From NCBI GenBank assembly GCA_039096225.1, contig JBBPEB010000014.1:496001-560000 (forward strand): a DNA stretch of 64,000 nucleotides. The letters are read 5' to 3'. Source of the DNA: Blastocystis sp. Blastoise. Taxonomy: Eukaryota > Protista > Bigyra: Opalinata. Below the pieces are notes generated by a model. The model was given only the letters and a program-made list of their open reading frames with translations, ran no database searches and had not been told where the DNA came from. Both the position numbers and the translations under genes were made by a program. How positions within the stretch are numbered: position 1 is the first letter of the stretch; each line of letters starts with the position of its first letter. Below are positions 59,812-64,000 of the stretch, piece by piece.

Positions 59812-62800
59812 TTATTCTTCTACACCCTTAAGTGCCACAAGATAATTCTTACGAACAGTTTCATAAACATATATGTACTATATATATATAGTATATATAG
59901 AATAAGAATATAATATATATATATAATATTAATTCATTTTAATAAAAACAAAATGATATATATATAATATTAATTCATTTAAATAAAATCAAAAAAATGA
60001 ATATATAATATTAATTCATTTAAATAAAATCAAAATTATATATATATAATATTAATTCATTTAAATAAAATTAAAATAATGTATATATATACTTTTCTAA
60101 TAATTGCCATGGCTTCTTCTAAAGATAATTGTGCTTTATACTCAGCAGGTAAAGAGAATGCTTTTAATAATTCAATTAATTTTGGACTAAGATCAGTACC
60201 ATGTAGAATAGATAATGTGACACGTGTACTCGTCGGTAAGGATTCTCCTTGGAATAATATTTTAAAGAAAGTGATAGTTTTATCAAATTGAAGATAACTA
60301 AATGAACGACAACTATCACCGACATATAACACATTTAAGCCAAATATAGAGGATAAATGCTATAGAATATATATATATATAATAATTAGTCTATTATATT
60401 ATATTATGAATAATTATATTTTTTATTAGATTCATTATATATTTATTGAATAGATAGAATATATAAATAGTATATATATAAATATATACTTTAGCAAGTG
60501 TATCCACTTTATTATTTTCTTCATCACTAACTTTTTCAGTTGAAGGAATTATATTTAGTCTCTTTTTCTATATATATATATTATATAAATAATAATAATA
60601 ATAATATATACCCATGAATATATAACTAAAAAAAAGAATAAAAGAATAAATAATATGAAAATATATACATAATTCTTGATTTTATCACGGTCAAATTCGA
60701 TTTGTGATTTTATCATATCCACTTGATGACAGAAAGTAGCATAAGTTATAGACATACAGGTTGCAACATAATATACATTCTATATATATATATATAGAGA
60801 GAGAGAATAAGTATATATAGAGTAAATATATAAATGAAATAAATAATATAAATAATAAGAATAATAAAATACGTTAATAGTTTCTTGTTCTCTGACTGTT
60901 TCAGCGGTATGCTGACTTGACGCAAGTACTGCTGATGAAATAGAACTTCCTATTTGAATGTTTTGTAATTGTCCAATCAAAACAGCTTGTTTTATTTTAT
61001 CAATGGAATTTCCAGTGTTTGTAATAACATGAACATCACTTACTATATATAATATTAATAAAAAAACATTTACATAATAATAGTATACATATTGTTAATA
61101 AAAATATAAAAATATAAAAATAATAATAAAAATAAACAATATTAAAAAAACGATAAAAAACAATTCAGTATACTAAATCACTACATATATATATATATAC
61201 TAATTTCATTAGTTTTATCTTCTAAAAGAACTTCATCTGCATCTTTGTTAATAGTTGATTTATCTCGTTCTTGTGCCATATCTGTTGGCGCCAAAGAAGA
61301 TCGCGGTACTCCAACAGGAACACTTCCCCCACATCCCATGCTCATACGACCTGTAAGTACACTTTGTCTTCGTGCACCTTCCATATTGACATTGAATGTA
61401 CTTACAACTTCATTATTTGGACCTAATAAAGATAATCGACTATGACGTTTATTAGTATTCGAATGATTACCACGTACACTAGAGAGACGATTATTAACAG
61501 CTATACCTGTAAACATATTCTCATCATCTATAGGATTACCACTAGTATTCTCATTATCTTCATCTTCATCTTCATCTAAATCAATAATATTTCTAGTATT
61601 TCTATCTTTAGGAGTATGTTCACTTGTTCCTTTTAATAAGTCATCATCACTATCATCATCAGATATACTAACAGATTCAGAAGTACTAGTATTAGATGTA
61701 GTTGAAGTATCAAGTATAGATATATTTGTACGTCTATTACTAGATATATTCGTATTAATATCTTGTTCTTTTTTAGATAATAATTCATCATCAAGTATAC
61801 TATCTTCTTCTTCTTCGTCTTCTTTAAATGTATCTAATTCATGACAATCTTCTAGGGGAGATGCAGTAGTAACATCTATAGATTCATTTAAGGAATCATT
61901 AAAAGTAATTTGAGGAATATGATTTTTCTGATCTTCTGTAGGTTTAATACTAGTAAAGTTAGATATATCAATAAGTTCATTCTTAGTATTATTTTTCAAA
62001 GCGCTAGATGTAGAAGTAGATTTTGATGAAGGAGAAGTAATCATATTAAATGATCCATTAAGAGAATTATTAACAGTAATAAAACTATTTGGAATAATAG
62101 AAAGACGAATAGGAAGTGTATTTCGTATACGATGATAATAATAATATAATGATTGTATATAAGATATAGTCATAAAATGTATACATAAGAAATGTATAAG
62201 TCCTTCATCAGGTTTCTTAGTACAAGTAGGATCAAAAAATATAAAACTAATTTCTTTAATTAGATCTACTTCCATTTGTTTTTCTATATGTTCATCTTTA
62301 ATATCAAATAAATCATGAGGTAAATCAGGATTTAATGAGAAATAACGATGCATACATATAGGTGATATTATATATTCTATATTCATAATCATATCATGAA
62401 TAAAAGATGCATTCGATTCATTACATTGTTTAAATAATATAGGTAAATCTTTAGAAGAAAAACTTACCCAACCTGCTGAATTCATAGCATTATTAAAATC
62501 ACGTAAAGATTCTTTTAATCGATTTAAATCTTCTTGATTATATAATTCTTCATAAGGAAGTATTTCAAAAGAATCATCAGTCATACTTACTTTCTTTATA
62601 TCTTGATCATAATAAAATGATTTTAAGGATTTAAATACAGAAGTATTTTCTACTTCATTTATATTCATACTTGAAGTAGGTTCAGTCTTCTTTTTAGATA
62701 TATTTATATATTCTTTCATAAATTTAGTTTGTGGTAAAGAGGCTAATTCTTGACTAGGTTCCATAGGTATAACAATTTCTTCATAATAATCTCCAGTATC

Positions 62801-64000
62801 AGGAACATAAATCATTTCTCCTGTATCTGTTTGAACAAATCCTTGATCTTCATAATTCATATTTTCATTAGAAACAGGATATATCTTTTCATCAGCCATA
62901 AAACTTGAATTATTTAATTCAGGAGGAATAGGAATAGAATTATCTATAGGATTTAAATTTGTATTTACTTGAAGAGATAATAACGAATTAGAATTAGTAT
63001 ATAGAGTAGGGTTTTGATTATTATAACGATCTTCAATAGGGGATACATCTATTCCTTGTGAATAATAATTATTATTAATAGAATCATCAGTATAATAAGA
63101 ATTAGGATTGGAAAGATCTTCTATATTATGAAGAGAAGTCTCTCCATGGCTATTATATGATTCTTGTTGATTAAAGAAGGAATCATTATTATAATCATAA
63201 TTTGAAAAATTATCAAACGCTGTAAAACTTCCATCATTATTATTCTTCATATTATTATAAGATATTTCATTTATATTTACTTCAGAATTCATAATAGAAT
63301 CTTGTTCTAGACTATTATCAAGATTTAATTCTTCAGGTATTTCAGAAGGTATTTCAGAATGTAATTCTTCAGATATTTGTTGAGTTATTTGTGATAGACT
63401 AGAATCAGAAATATAATCTGATTTATCTGATGTAGTAGTATTATTATATATTATATCTCTATGAATATCTGAAGAAACAAGAGGATGAGGCAAGCCATCT
63501 AAATTCATATCTATAGAATAATTTTCTTCTGTTTCTATAGATTCAGATATAGAACTATAATTATTATTTTGATTCTCTGAATGAACATATTCATTGAATT
63601 CTTCATATACGTCAGGACCTAATGCATAAAGATAAGCTTGTTGTTCTGATGGATCCATCATCATAATCTTCCTAATAAGTAATATAATAATAATATAATA
63701 TGTATATATATAGATATATATAGATATATACTTGAATGTTATCAGTCTCTGACGTCTATCTTTTAAAGCCTATAAATAGGAATATATATATATATATATT
63801 TATATTTATATTAATTGTAACTAATCTGTATTATATATTATATTATTATTAGTATCTCAGATAATAATATCTCCGATAATAATAATAAAACAAACAACAC
63901 CATAAATATATATATATATATAAATATAAATATATATATATATACCTTTTCTTGTTGATCATCTTCATCAAATCTGCTTAATACACTTGAGTTTAACTTG
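59812..64000 (-). CDS. Large acidic/Ser-Asn-rich hypothetical protein (5'-partial, starts beyond the window end)
   Basis: An exon of about 830 codons plus seven smaller exons joined in frame by GT-AG introns, ending ...LVALKGVEE*. No family recognised. Confidence 0.8.

Overview
This is very AT-rich (roughly 20% GC by eye), gene-dense, intron-rich eukaryotic nuclear DNA, with no prokaryotic, CRISPR or transposase signal. By splicing exons by hand I reconstruct 22 protein-coding genes (about 120 introns, mostly GTATAT...TATAG and often filled with microsatellite) and one tRNA-Lys(CTT). Recognisable products are a 26/29-kDa-type (CfaD-like) cathepsin, a ZNF598/Hel2-like E3, TIM10, CGI121, TVP23, a mitochondrially targeted two-TM EHD/sarcalumenin-like GTPase, WDR25, CDC16/APC6, DAD2, a profilin-like protein, a 3xCCCH protein, mitochondrial aspartate aminotransferase, CTF18, SAM synthetase, eIF4E, PP2C and a BTB-TLDc protein. 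Gene content suggests an AT-rich stramenopile, possibly Blastocystis-related; this is inference only. The most striking signal is in splicing. (i) There is a clean U12-type AT-AC intron in the PP2C gene. (ii) Five introns needed to keep conserved proteins in frame lack GT-AG ends (AT-AG twice, GC-AG, TT-AG, TC-GG or GT-TG). Every deviant base equals the base of the spliced mRNA across the junction, which means either a real splicing or intron-gain peculiarity or an RNA-read polishing artefact. (iii) Many introns carry (TA)n tracts flush against both splice sites, so the intron ends are mutually complementary. Most ORF-track entries with poly-I/Y/L runs are intron or antisense shadows.
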